A stretch of 64,000 nucleotides of DNA from positions 1,280,001 through 1,344,000 of the forward strand of contig CP000070.1 of NCBI GenBank assembly GCA_000002445.1, read 5' to 3'. Below are positions 1 to 11,400 of the stretch, one piece after another. How positions within the stretch are numbered: position 1 is the stretch's first letter; each line of letters begins with the position of its first letter. The stretch is from Trypanosoma brucei (taxonomy: Eukaryota). Both the position numbers and the translations under genes were made by a program. Below the pieces are notes generated by a model. That model saw only the letters and a program-made list of their open reading frames with translations. It was not told the origin of the DNA and did not search any database.

Positions 1-153
1 AATATCGTTTATAAAAACATTGATGCTGCGAAATGCATTCCGCACACCACCAACCGTGCGCTCGGACTCTGGTAGTTTGTCTACAACGTGTACGAGGACC
101 CAAAGCTTCTTCTTTCCGAGTCGCTCCACTGCTTTTGCAATAAGAACGTCCAT
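1..153 (-). CDS. N-terminal fragment of a minus-strand gene running off the window edge (starts MDVLIAKAVERLGKKKLWVLVHVVDKLPESERT...); product unknown
   Basis: The reverse complement of 151-153 is ATG. The frame stays open to position 1. An in-frame stop lies just upstream at 175-177. Orientation matches the surrounding minus-strand array. The track omits it only because fewer than 60 codons fall inside the window. Confidence 0.3.
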   Translation of the reverse strand, partial: MDVLIAKAVERLGKKKLWVLVHVVDKLPESERTVGGVRNAFRSINVFINDI

Positions 154-833
154 GACCACTAATCCTATGCCTCTCTATAAATGTACAAATAAATAAACAA
201 ATATATATATATATATATAACCCTATTCACTTTCTGTTCGCGCACCTCTAAAACTCTTTCTTGCTTTACCCCTTCCCTCCTTTTAGCGTTTCTTCGTCGT
301 TTCAATATGCTCTTCCACAAGTGCACGTGTAGCTTCGACAAGGAGGAAGAGTAAACCACTTCTCGTAAGATGTTGCGCTCAAACGTGGGGACCACCGAAT
401 GACAGAGAAGTGGGGGAGGGGGAAGGGAGGGAAAGATCAAAAGGTCGAAATATTGAGATACCGAAGTGATTACAACAATGAAACGTGAAGGAAACAGATG
501 TTTACAAAGCTGAACGAAAGGGCAAGTTGGAGGAACGGAAGGAGTAAGATGTGTCAAAACAAGAGTTTCCCCAGTGCGGCATTGGTAGCCAGAACCAGCT
601 TCGAATGACGCCCGCATGCTCTTATTTATTTTATTTCCTATTTCACCATGTGGAAATATTACCCCTTTGAATCTCCCATGTTACGCCGCTAATATCCTCA
701 ACTCCGTCTGGTCCGGACCACATCCCTTTCATTTCTCTCTCTTTCTCTCCACAAGCGTCGCCCCAGTTAACATGGAGTTAAATGTGCAGTTGGGATGGTA
801 ATTCGAGCGGGAGACCTCACCACCACCACCCTC

Positions 834-1559
834 TCAAATTTTCGCACCAGTTTTAGATCCAAGGAAGCACCGTATACACAGCAAGGCGACCATATTTAGC
901 GCGGATCCGATGAGGTTGTTTCCGTAAAAATAAGCGACGCCGTTTCCCATCACACGCACAACTGCAACCCAAATCCACATACCTGAGCTAACATTATGGG
1001 TACTGTTGACCTTGTTTGAATTATGTTCATTACCTTGCACACGCCCCTCAATTAAACGCGCCGCAATCAAAAGTGACACGATGTTCACGAAGGCCTCCAC
1101 CGCAGAGCGGAGGTTCTCCTCATCGAAACCTGGCTGTCCCATCACATGATACCAGTTGAACCAACGATACAGGGCGACATCAACAGCGGTCCACGCGACG
1201 GCAACAGCGGCACTGGCATCATCGCCTCCACCCATCACTTGCAACGACTTACGAGCTTTTGGATCGTTGAGTGCGAAGTCTATCAGCGCTGCATCCATCA
1301 CCGGGACGGCCAGGACCTTAAACATTTGTTGAAGGCAATTCAAAAATAATCCCGAACCCGTCAACGACGTGATGATTGTCGACTGTGCAATAAGGGAGAG
1401 GGCGATAACTGCGACAAGTGGTAGAAGCCGCTGAGGACGCATATTGTACCCCCTGGAGAGCAGAATGATGGGTAACACCATCAGAATGTATATGGAAATG
1501 TTGCAGAGGAGACTCATTGGATATTTTCTTGTGAGGGAATTGGGCGTAACTTCTCCCAC
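834..1559 (-). CDS. Multipass integral membrane protein (about 6 hydrophobic helices), family not identified
   Basis: 241-aa ORF with alternating long hydrophobic segments (ILMVLPIILL, LLPLVAVIALSLIA, AVAVAWTAVDVALY, IVSLLIAARLI, MWIWVAVV, LIGSALNMVALLCI). Same orientation as neighbours. Confidence 0.6.
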   Translation of the reverse strand: MGEVTPNSLTRKYPMSLLCNISIYILMVLPIILLSRGYNMRPQRLLPLVAVIALSLIAQSTIITSLTGSGLFLNCLQQMFKVLAVPVMDAALIDFALNDPKARKSLQVMGGGDDASAAVAVAWTAVDVALYRWFNWYHVMGQPGFDEENLRSAVEAFVNIVSLLIAARLIEGRVQGNEHNSNKVNSTHNVSSGMWIWVAVVRVMGNGVAYFYGNNLIGSALNMVALLCIRCFLGSKTGAKI

Positions 1560-1611
1560 CTGGAGCGCGTGGACCTCCTGAAATAAGTGCGTCCTAGGAA
1601 GAGGGGTGGAA

Positions 1612-1646
1612 AAAATATATATGTATATATATATATATATATATGC
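1612..1646. repeat. (TA)n microsatellite
   Basis: Direct read: atatatatgtatatatatatatatatatatatgc. Similar runs occur at about 196-218, 7446-7470, 7960-7981, 24738-24756 and 50247-50266. Confidence 0.9.
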
Positions 1647-2112
1647 AAATCAAAGTTGAGACAACGATGACGCGTTCGGTGGAACTTTCACCCAAAAACA
1701 ACTTTATACCAAGGACATAAGCAGGTGAAATAAACGAGGCTTCCCTTCGCTCACCACGAATACCCTTGCACAAAAATGTGTATAACCAGAAAAAGGAAGG
1801 AGATAATAACAACGAAAAAAAAAAAAGACACAGTATCTTAAAAAAAAAAAACAAGACACATGGGTCGGAAAAAGAACGAAGCAGAAAGAGAGGGAGAGGC
1901 ATGGCCGCCCGACAACTCATATGCAGTCACAAGGAGCGACAAGCAACCCCTTTGGTAAACAAATAACCAACACGGGTACGTATGAGACTGCAGGGAGTTG
2001 CCTTGCAGCCGCCGTCGCACATCTTCCCGCTCCTCTTGGAAGAAGAGTAAAGAGAGAGGGAAGGAAAGGAACAGCAAAGCGCACAGAGGCGATGGATGCA
2101 TTACAACAATCC

Positions 2113-4701
2113 CTATGCCGTCACTCCGGTTGAGACAGAGAGATTGGAAGCGAACTGCCGTACAACCTGCCTAACGGCTGCGAGAGGGTACCCCTCCAAA
2201 CTGGCGAGGAAAAGGAAGGCACAACCCTCACAACACACAACTACTGCCACTTGCAGAGTCGTAGATTCCTCTCTGGAGTCTAGCGACGGGGCGCGCAGCA
2301 GCATATGCTCTGCAGAGCGCGATAAAACAGACGAACCCACAGCAGAAGCAGACATGCCAATCACTGGTGTGTGTTGCTCTTGTGGGCACTCTGCGCCCTC
2401 CATATCATGCCCCTCATGACAATATGGTGAACCCAGGAAGGAAAACGGGTTGAAGCGCCCCATATCATTGTCCATGACGAAGGAATCGGAATCACCATCG
2501 TCGTCGTCACTATCGCACAGCTGCTCGTAATGCACCTCCAGTGCGGCGGAGGCGCCTAACATGGTGGTCTCCCAATGGTGCACACATACGCGGCCAGGAA
2601 GCCGCAATAGGTAATCCCGTACTAGTTTCTCGAGCCGAGAGGTTGCCCGGCGTCGCGCCACCTGCGAAGTGTGCGCAACAAATGGAATTGGGAATACCCT
2701 GAGGTGGACAGTAAGGCCATCCATGCCACCAACACAGAATGCAGCAAGCGGTTCACCCATAATAGGTTCTCTTACCACAACTGTTGCAGCGGCAGCTGCG
2801 CAAGCAGGGTTTAATAATATACTAAAGGGTAGTACTTCGTGTCGTTTATTGCAGTATATAAGCGAAGTACTCTGTCCGTAATGATTTCCAAGTGACATGG
2901 TATCAATTGTACGGCGGCAGAAAGTAACGACCTCTTCCAGCGTGTGGCATGCAGTCGGGAAAAGAAAACACATAGAAACACATTCACTCCGAATGCGCAA
3001 GCAAAACACACTCAGATAGGCGCTGATAAACGCTTCACCACTTGGACCAGCCTTATCGGTATGCATATGCATTAAGTCGGTGGGTGAGAGAGCATCGCCG
3101 TCACTCCTACGACCCTGTGGATGACGCAAATGGGCAGCGCAAACATTATTTGGATCAATGAGTACTTCCTGCACACAAAGAGCCCCTTCCAACTGTAGTG
3201 TGGGATTCGGGTCATCCTCCCCCGCGCTGTCACCATTCGTTGGTACCATAATCTGCTGTAGTTGCACTACGAAGTTTCTCTGTTTACCGCTTTTCGCGCA
3301 TTGCAATTCGTCATTACTCCTCACGACACTGACAGAGTAGGCATTAGATCCATCAGTGGAGTGATGTACGGAGAAGCGCCGCACTACCGCGCGAAGATGA
3401 TGTTCAAAAAATGTTTGCCAACTGAAATTACCCGCCGGCAAGGGTTCGTAGCAAGCCACGACAACGATTCGGCGTGGGCCGAGGCTTGAAATAGTGACAA
3501 ATTGCACACTAACACTATCACTATTACCATTTGTCTCCCCATTTCCCAAAAACCCGTACCTACCCCCACCGGTAGCGTGTTCAACCGCGCATAAGTCTGG
3601 TAGCTGATGCGGTACACTAAAGCCCCACAGCACGTCTGGAGTTGATGGAGCAGCATTGCCAGCTGCTCTGGGACCGTTGCTGCTGTTGCGCCCCTCCTTG
3701 TCTATCCGGCGAAGGGCACTGTGCGAAGCACTTCCATTTGGTCCTTCACCTCCGGATGCACGAGGTGTCGCCGATGTTACTGTCGTTTCCTCTGCAATTG
3801 TTAACAGCTCTCGCAGGTGCTCATCCATAACAAAGTCGAGCGGTAGTCTAAATCCCAACCCAAGACGCGGCTCAGCACACAACAAATAAGAAGGTGACGA
3901 GCGTGGCTCAGAGAACTGAATGGACCGCACGAGTTCATTGAAGGCCGTAGGCAGCACGCTCTTCACACGCGTGTCGGCAATGTACTGCGCAGTTACGGCA
4001 AGGCGCTTGCTTGTAAGGAACACAGAGAGTGCAAATCTCAGCTTATTTCCTCTGTCCAGATAACAGTACTCGGCACTAGGCAACTGGGCGCTGCCAATTC
4101 GAATGTTCCCGGTGCCAGAAAGCAACTTAGCGCAGTCACAAACACGCTCAAGGCTAAGCTCACGATAGTTTTCTGCCGTCTCTTCTGTTTCACAGTACTC
4201 AAATGTTATGGCAACGCGATGCTCCGGCTGTCTGAGGTAACGCAACCCAACAAGTAGCAACGGGGCTTGCCGCTCCTCGGTTTCCACAGCAAACAGGATG
4301 GGTGAAAAAAGCATTCGAACGCCCAGTACGTCATCCCGCCATTCCATAGTCGTTGCGTTGTGTCTCTTCACATGCCTCTCTGCAAACGCGTAGTAGTATG
4401 ATCTGTTCGTTGGACCGGTGTTACTTTGGGGAAATGTGGAATGTGGAACCCCACGGTTATTGGCACTCGATGCATCCTGGCCCGCCACGTTTCCTTTTGT
4501 TTGAGGCTGGACACTCACCGATTGAAAACCGCCCCGGTTTGCGGCAATGGTAGACAATGCAGACCGGCGTTTGTTAGAAATATAAGTGACCGCAGAAACA
4601 ACAACAGCAGCGCCGGCGAGAGCAACTGTGAGGCAACCGCTCCCTGCCAACGTGGTTGAAGGGCCAGTACTCATCTTCTGAGGAAAAAGTGGGTGCAACA
4701 C
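2113..4701 (-). CDS. Hypothetical protein, 862 aa, with an N-terminal signal-anchor/TM segment
   Basis: Long uninterrupted ORF. N-terminus contains LAGSGCLTVALAGAAVVVSAVTYI, a hydrophobic anchor followed by KRR. An acidic stretch DSDDDDGDSD is present. No recognizable catalytic motif. Confidence 0.6.
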   Translation of the reverse strand: MLHPLFPQKMSTGPSTTLAGSGCLTVALAGAAVVVSAVTYISNKRRSALSTIAANRGGFQSVSVQPQTKGNVAGQDASSANNRGVPHSTFPQSNTGPTNRSYYYAFAERHVKRHNATTMEWRDDVLGVRMLFSPILFAVETEERQAPLLLVGLRYLRQPEHRVAITFEYCETEETAENYRELSLERVCDCAKLLSGTGNIRIGSAQLPSAEYCYLDRGNKLRFALSVFLTSKRLAVTAQYIADTRVKSVLPTAFNELVRSIQFSEPRSSPSYLLCAEPRLGLGFRLPLDFVMDEHLRELLTIAEETTVTSATPRASGGEGPNGSASHSALRRIDKEGRNSSNGPRAAGNAAPSTPDVLWGFSVPHQLPDLCAVEHATGGGRYGFLGNGETNGNSDSVSVQFVTISSLGPRRIVVVACYEPLPAGNFSWQTFFEHHLRAVVRRFSVHHSTDGSNAYSVSVVRSNDELQCAKSGKQRNFVVQLQQIMVPTNGDSAGEDDPNPTLQLEGALCVQEVLIDPNNVCAAHLRHPQGRRSDGDALSPTDLMHMHTDKAGPSGEAFISAYLSVFCLRIRSECVSMCFLFPTACHTLEEVVTFCRRTIDTMSLGNHYGQSTSLIYCNKRHEVLPFSILLNPACAAAAATVVVREPIMGEPLAAFCVGGMDGLTVHLRVFPIPFVAHTSQVARRRATSRLEKLVRDYLLRLPGRVCVHHWETTMLGASAALEVHYEQLCDSDDDDGDSDSFVMDNDMGRFNPFSFLGSPYCHEGHDMEGAECPQEQHTPVIGMSASAVGSSVLSRSAEHMLLRAPSLDSREESTTLQVAVVVCCEGCAFLFLASLEGYPLAAVRQVVRQFASNLSVSTGVTA

Positions 4702-7147
4702 TTGAATAATTCCGCGTCACACTCACAACCTCCTACGAGTATCCGAATATTTTTTCTTTAAAAAAAAAACTCTAATCGAAAATGAATCCTTGCCTCTCCC
4801 TTTTCACAACTTTTGCTTGCTGGACTTCTATCTTCCCTTTTGATTCTTTTCTTGACTTCCTTTCTTTTTTTCCCCCCCCCCCTCACTTCCTCCTCTTCCT
4901 CCTCCTCCCTTTCGCCTCGATGTTTCCTTCACAAGTTTTGTTTGACTCACACCGATAACGTCACTCAACCCTGTCTTGTATATTTCTCCTTCCCCTTCAC
5001 AATCAATCAAACCGTATTTCCAATTTTCTTTCGTCCCGTTTCAGTATGGAGACGCCTTCCTTCTCCTCAGATTATTGATGATATTTATCGCTATGGGTTA
5101 TGTAAAGGAGTGAACGCATAAGTAATTATCTCTGCACCTACCTGTGAAAAGACGATCCCTTTCTTCACAATTTATTTTCTTTTTGCTTTCCTGTGCCTTT
5201 CCTCCCTAATTAACAGTGGTGGTCTCGCGAGAGACTTTAAAGAAAAGACCCCCCCCCAAAAAAAAAAAAAGAAGACAAGAGGAGAATCCACTTGGAACCA
5301 CCACTAACACCACACACACACACACACACCACACGTTGCTGCTGCGGCTAACTCGACCCCGAACACAACCAGCGCGCCCACGAAAACCTTCACTAACACG
5401 CGTTCCTCGTGTTTTCTTCTAATTAAGAAAAACAAAAAGAAAAAAAAGGACCAAAGGGGAAAGGCAAAAAAAATAAATAATAATAATAGATAGATAGATA
5501 TCATAGTCGCAACTGCTGAACACGCATGTGCACATTAAAATTATTTTCAAAAAAAAAACACTCATATGACAAGTAATGTAGGTAACTTACAAAATGGCAC
5601 CAGGAAAACAACTTTCTCTTTTTTTTCTTTCAGCATCATAAGCAAGTTTAACCACCGACATACATGAGGAACAAAACCCTTATTTACAGGCAGAAGTCGA
5701 AACTCATAACAAATCTGTTTATGAAGGTTAAAACTTTCGTTGCTATCGGGTCGCAAACTCCACATAAGAATTCATACATAACTTGAAAACGGTATTTTCA
5801 GACAGGCGTAATAATTCAATTAACCCTTCCATTCCATTTTATGCTTCACTGCGAGCCATGCTCTGACGGTTCGCAATAATAGTAATGATAGTAACATATA
5901 TAATTTCTCCTTTCCAAGGGTGAAAATAAAAATAAAATAAGAAGAATGATTTTAAAATGTAATGCACCTACTAAAATTCACGGCTGGCAACCCGAACCCT
6001 TCACTTTTCCTTTTTTTTAAAAAAAACCGCGCATATCGTGAGACGTAAGCACATATATTATTGTTGCACGGAAACAAATCTATGACCTTTGATGGGAGTA
6101 GGAACAATTAAAAAAAAAAAGAAAGAAAAAAAAAAAGAGAAAAACATGCCAATAATATAAGTTTCAAAAAAAAACAGAACCAGGCGGCGGAAGCAGCAGA
6201 AACGGTACATGGAAAGAACAGACATAAATACATAGTCATAACACAATAATTTGACACGAAAAGAAACAAAAAGAAAAAAAAGACGTTGGAACAATACTTG
6301 CGGCACGCCACAGAACACTGAAAACATACATCAATAGGCGACCAAAACTAAAGCCCAAAAGTCAACAACAAAAAAAAAGGAAAAGGAAAAGAAGTAACAA
6401 ACAAAAAAAAAAGAGACACCCAAAGACATTTAATATTTTTTAAACAAAAAAAAAGGGTGATGGGAACAGAAAACATAACAAAACAAAAAGATGCAAAAAT
6501 AAAGTGATGGAAACGACAATGTGCGCAGACAAAAAACAAAAAAACAGTACTCAAATGACATGCTCTCCATTTTTTTTTCATTTCTTTCCTTTCCTTTCCT
6601 TTCTATCTCCTTTTTCTTTCTTAAAAAAACAAAAATAAAAATAAATTGAAAAAAAAACAAACAAGTTATTTGGAAGGGATGGAACGCGGGAGGGACACGG
6701 GTTCACATGACGTACGTTCGTTTTACCTTTTTTCTTTATTTCTCTTTACTTTTATTTTTATTTTCCTTTCATCACATTTTATTTTATTTTTTTTTTCTTG
6801 CCTGAAAATGACCAGTGCTTTTTTTTCCCCCTTACCGCCTCCTCCGCCCCATTTTCCCCCCCCCCTCGCTTCTCCCTGCATGCCAGCTGCGGCAACATGA
6901 AGTACCGCATGGGAGAGAAATAAAATATTAAAAACAAAACAAAAAAGAAAGGGAATGGGGGTAAGAAAAAGTCGTTTTTCCTGTTCTCAATTGTCACATT
7001 CGTCTCTCCACTTCCGTCATTGGTTTCTTTCGTTTTGCTATCCCCTTCCTTTTTTTCTTTTCTTTATTCCCTCCTCCTTCTTTTTTTTTTTTTGAAACCC
7101 AAACCCATACGTTCATCCTCTTAATATTAAAATTTTTAAAAAAACAT

Positions 7148-7176
7148 GCATGCACACACACACACACACACACACA
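7148..7176. repeat. (CA)n microsatellite in the long 4.7-8.5 kb intergenic region
   Basis: Direct read: catgcacacacacacacacacacacacctc. Confidence 0.9.
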
Positions 7177-8489
7177 CCTCATATCATCACAATACATGTT
7201 GTTGTGCTCTAATTTTTTCCCGTATCTGCACACACTTTTGTGTACCTGTATGAATGCGTGCTTCCTATCCTAGTATCTTATATAAATAAGTAAATAAATA
7301 AGAAACATATATAATCCTTTGTGCCTTCTAACACTTCACCTACTGCTCGGCTATTTTATCAACATTTCGATCCCTCCTCTCTTCCCTCATCAATTAATAC
7401 CTAAACTCCGTAACTAAACCTAACTATACGCAAACATGCAGTTTAATATATATATATATATATATATATTCGTGCATTTGTCACCTTCTTTGCGTTCTCT
7501 TCATGCTTTTCATTATTCCTTCTCCAGTTCTTTTCTTTTCTTTCTCTTTCTCTTTACGTCCTTTTACGCAATCCACTCTGTCCTTTACTGTTTCCCTCAG
7601 CAAAGGAAAGGCAAAGAAAAGTCAAAGAAAAGTACCATGCATTGATACCCCTCGCCCCACATGCGCTCACGCACAAGAAAAAAAAAAGAAAATGGAAACA
7701 CAAACACAAACCCACAAGCACAGTGGAAGGGAAAGGGAAAGGAATATAGTGTGGAAATAAATAGGAGAGAAAGAGCGGACGGCGTTCACAGTGAAATTGT
7801 GTTTAAACTCCGTTGCAAGTCGAATAATGATAATAAGTAACAAAGAAAAGAACACAGTGGCTTAAAATCCTCTTGTGAATCAAAGAAACAAAAAAAGAAA
7901 AAGTTTTTCCCACCTACAAGCGTATGTATATACATATAATCTCATATATAAATAAATAAATATATATATATATATATATATTTGTATAGTTACTTATATA
8001 TTTATTTATTTTTATGTCGTAACTGCCATCACGCGAGGGGGCTAAACTCGCTCTCTCCTCCCTATTGTGTTTTCATTTCACCACACAATGTGGTCGTTCG
8101 ATTCCCGCGTATCAACCTTCTTTTTTTTTTCTTTCCTCTCGCACCCATACACACACGCTTACGCATACGTGAACTTCACACATTTCAACGCTATCATGGT
8201 GTCTTTCATTTCACTTCCAACCACTTGCCACATACACACGCACCAAAAAAAAGAAAAATTGAAGCAATAGAGACAAGCCCACCTTCACGCGCCCATTTAT
8301 CTCCGAGTTCCTCGGGAAAAACGCAAATCTAATATGTACATATGCACATATGTTTAGATGCAAGGTCCACCGTGGGTAAATGTCCAAATAAAGACTGAAA
8401 AGATGAAAAGGAATGAAGTCACGCTTCATGGACGTATTCTTCGGTTCATTTTCTCCCACCAACACCAACACCACTACCACCAACACTCC

Positions 8490-11400
8490 TCATCGTTTCC
8501 TGTCTCCTGATAAATGCTGAGAAATCATGCGCTTCAGAAGCAAAGCCCCTTCACCAGGGCGAATTTGGAATTCACCGTTCAAAACCTCCGACGGAACAGT
8601 AAAAGAGAAACCAGGCTTCCTGCAACCTTTATCACCTTCGCCATCGCCGCTGTTTGTCCTGTTTGCGTTGCCACTTGTACGCGGTAGTGGAACGGAGAAG
8701 GTCCCGGAGCCGGGGGCTGCCGTGGTGGTTACTGAGCGAGGAGCCACCGGCAGTTTATTGCTAGCGACAGTTGGAGCATATGTTGCACCACAAATATTCA
8801 GCCCTGCATCTGGTGAAGTCGCCTTCGACGATGCCAATTTCCCCATAAGTTCTGCTACTTGAATGCCGCCAGAACCACCACTTACCGTTAGAGATGAAGG
8901 TGACACGACGTTCCGTCCAGCTGCGATACCAGAAGCACTTGTCTCCCCCATGGCGCTACGTGGCTTCGGGATGCTTGGGGTACCTTCCGTGGATGGAATT
9001 CCCACCCCACGCCCATGTTGCTGTTGTTGATCGTGATCGTCCTCCTTTTGCTGCAACTTCTTGCAGATACTCTTTAAATTTTGGACAACGGACCCATTTT
9101 GTCCTTGTGACGACTCAGATTCGTCACCCGAAGGTTTATTCAAAACGAGGAGTGTTGACAATTTCGATATCGAACCACGAGGCTGACGCAGCCTGCCGTC
9201 AAAGTAACTTCCACCAACGAAAGGGTCATCATACACAACTTCCGCGTCGTGGCCAGTTGATAGCAAACGAACAACGGTACCAGTTGCACCGAAAGGTGCT
9301 GCACCACAGGCACGGCAGTTCACAACGCGGGAGCCAAGGTGAACTGTCTGCTCCTGGGGAAGAGGTAATTGGGAAATGTGTCCACCAGCACATCTTGTGA
9401 CAGGAAAGTAGAGACACCGCCGCGCCACCGAGCTCAGCATTCTGTCCTCCAACGGCCGTGGCCCTTGACGGTCCAGCTCTTCTTCCAACATTCGCACGTG
9501 TTCTCGTGGAAAAGCGTCATCTTGGGCAGCAACAAGGGGGACGCTTTGTATGCCACACGATTCGATAAACTCTTCGATCGAACGAAGAACGTCGTCCACG
9601 TCGTTATCAGCCCACTCGCCCGTCATGAACTGCGGGGGATCCAGAGCTTGGGGTGAAGAGGCAATGCTTTCCAGTCGGTCAACAAGTGGTTTGAACCTCT
9701 CCACGTACGTTTTGATTAAGACAACGGCTTTCCGCGAGAACCATGTCATGTACTGCATGGGACGGGAAGATCGGGGACGAGACTCGCCCTTTTGCAGGCT
9801 TTCCAAGTAGTGACCCGCCGGCGCAGCATCTTGGACTGGCCTGCCAAATGCATCGTCACTATTTTCCAGCCCCGCACCCAACCTGCCACCGGGGGCTCCC
9901 CATGCTTTGCCACCACGCACCGTTTGTTTCGCGTAACCGATGCGAACGAGGTTATTCCGCGTGTAAATGAGGCCGAGCCCAATCTCACGGCAACCGTACT
10001 GAGGGGATGTGCGTACAGAACCTACAAGATGCTTTAGAGCCAAGGGACCAACACGGACCTCATTGCTCACATCTGGCATTGATACCCAATTGCGAGACGA
10101 AGCATAGTCAAGCAGCACGTGCGGAATAGAAACTGGCTTTTGAAACACCCGTGCAGCGACAGTAAACGTCCCCTCAGCATCAGGGCTGGATCTAACCACA
10201 ACACCAGAACTACCATATAGCTGCTGATCCTTCCCCTTCATACTTTTTGGCTCAGCTCCAACCAGTATGACTCTGGAACCAAAGCGGTTATCCCATTCCA
10301 CACGATCCCTCTCAACGTAGCGAGAGTCTTCCGTTAATTTCACGTCTTGCAAGCGCGCTACAAGGGGCAATGCATAGCATGTTTGGTCCTTGGAAAAGTT
10401 GCGCACCACACGCCCCTTTCGGGTCATGCGCATTCCAGTAAAAAGGTTAACATACACGAGTACTGTCAGGTTGCTTACAGACATTCCGAGCTTCTCCCGC
10501 ATACACTGTCGATGTGTTTCCAATTCCTTCGCTATATTCATTGAAGCGTCCCGGTTTAGTTCCCGTACGTTGGCACCACACGAAACACCCTCTAGATTTA
10601 TATTGGCGCTGATGTGCACACGTTTGTCGCTAACCGCTACCACACGTGCGCGGCGGTAGTGCGGGAATCCAACAAGAACTTCCTGCCCAACAAGCGTTGC
10701 GACCTCATGGGCGGCAATAGCGTTGAAGCTGTCCTTCAACCCTAGGAGCAAGCTCTCACCGCGTGCGGGCATGCCGAAGATAGTCACAACACCGCTCTCA
10801 CGTTGTGGGGTGATGTAACGCCACTTCGACCGAAGTGTCGTGAACCCTTCAAACTGTTGCTCACCAGTGCACACGCCTGTGCAGAGCCGCGGAATAAACT
10901 TTGTCAAGGGGGGGAAGTCGAAAGCGTCACGGCGAACGGTGGTTCTTCTCAGGGGCCCAAATAACGAGTTTGGCACCTCGTAGGCTTCAATAGTGGGATC
11001 GTAGGCATAGAGGGTTGGTAGACCTAGGCGGTTGTTCTTACGTTCCTCCGGCGTTACTCGATCTTGCACGGTTTCATACGCGGCAAGCAACGTCCGTTCT
11101 TCGATGAAGGGAATCAACACTACACCCTCCCAGGGTGCGCGTGTGCCCTCTCGATCGATTTGAAGCTTTTCTGGAAAATACCTGGCCAGAGGACTGTTTT
11201 TGCTTCGTAGTAACGGCCAATAGGCACGGGGCATAGAGCGGTACGACATAGGCGGCAAAACCGCGAGCAACTGTTGGTGGGGAAGAAAAGGTTTACCGGG
11301 ATCAAATTTAACACAAGCCGCCACAGCGGGAAGATTAACCAGATCGCTGGCCATTGGCGCGTAGTGGTGTGGAAAGTACCACTTCCACGATGGCGGCCCC

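Noticed and set aside
165-617. 150-aa minus-strand ORF
   Set aside because: It overlaps a (TA)n tract and polypurine runs. The translation is low-complexity (RRRNAKRREG..., IYIYIYLFIYLYIY). It sits in the intergenic space between the edge gene fragment and the membrane-protein gene. No coding-like composition.
5200-7900. Cluster of 60-90-aa ORFs on both strands (for example 6058-6327, 6348-6581, 6430-6660, 6646-6900)
   Set aside because: Their translations are poly-Phe/Lys/Leu strings generated by A/T homopolymers and short-period repeats. They overlap each other on both strands. This is a typical non-coding spacer.
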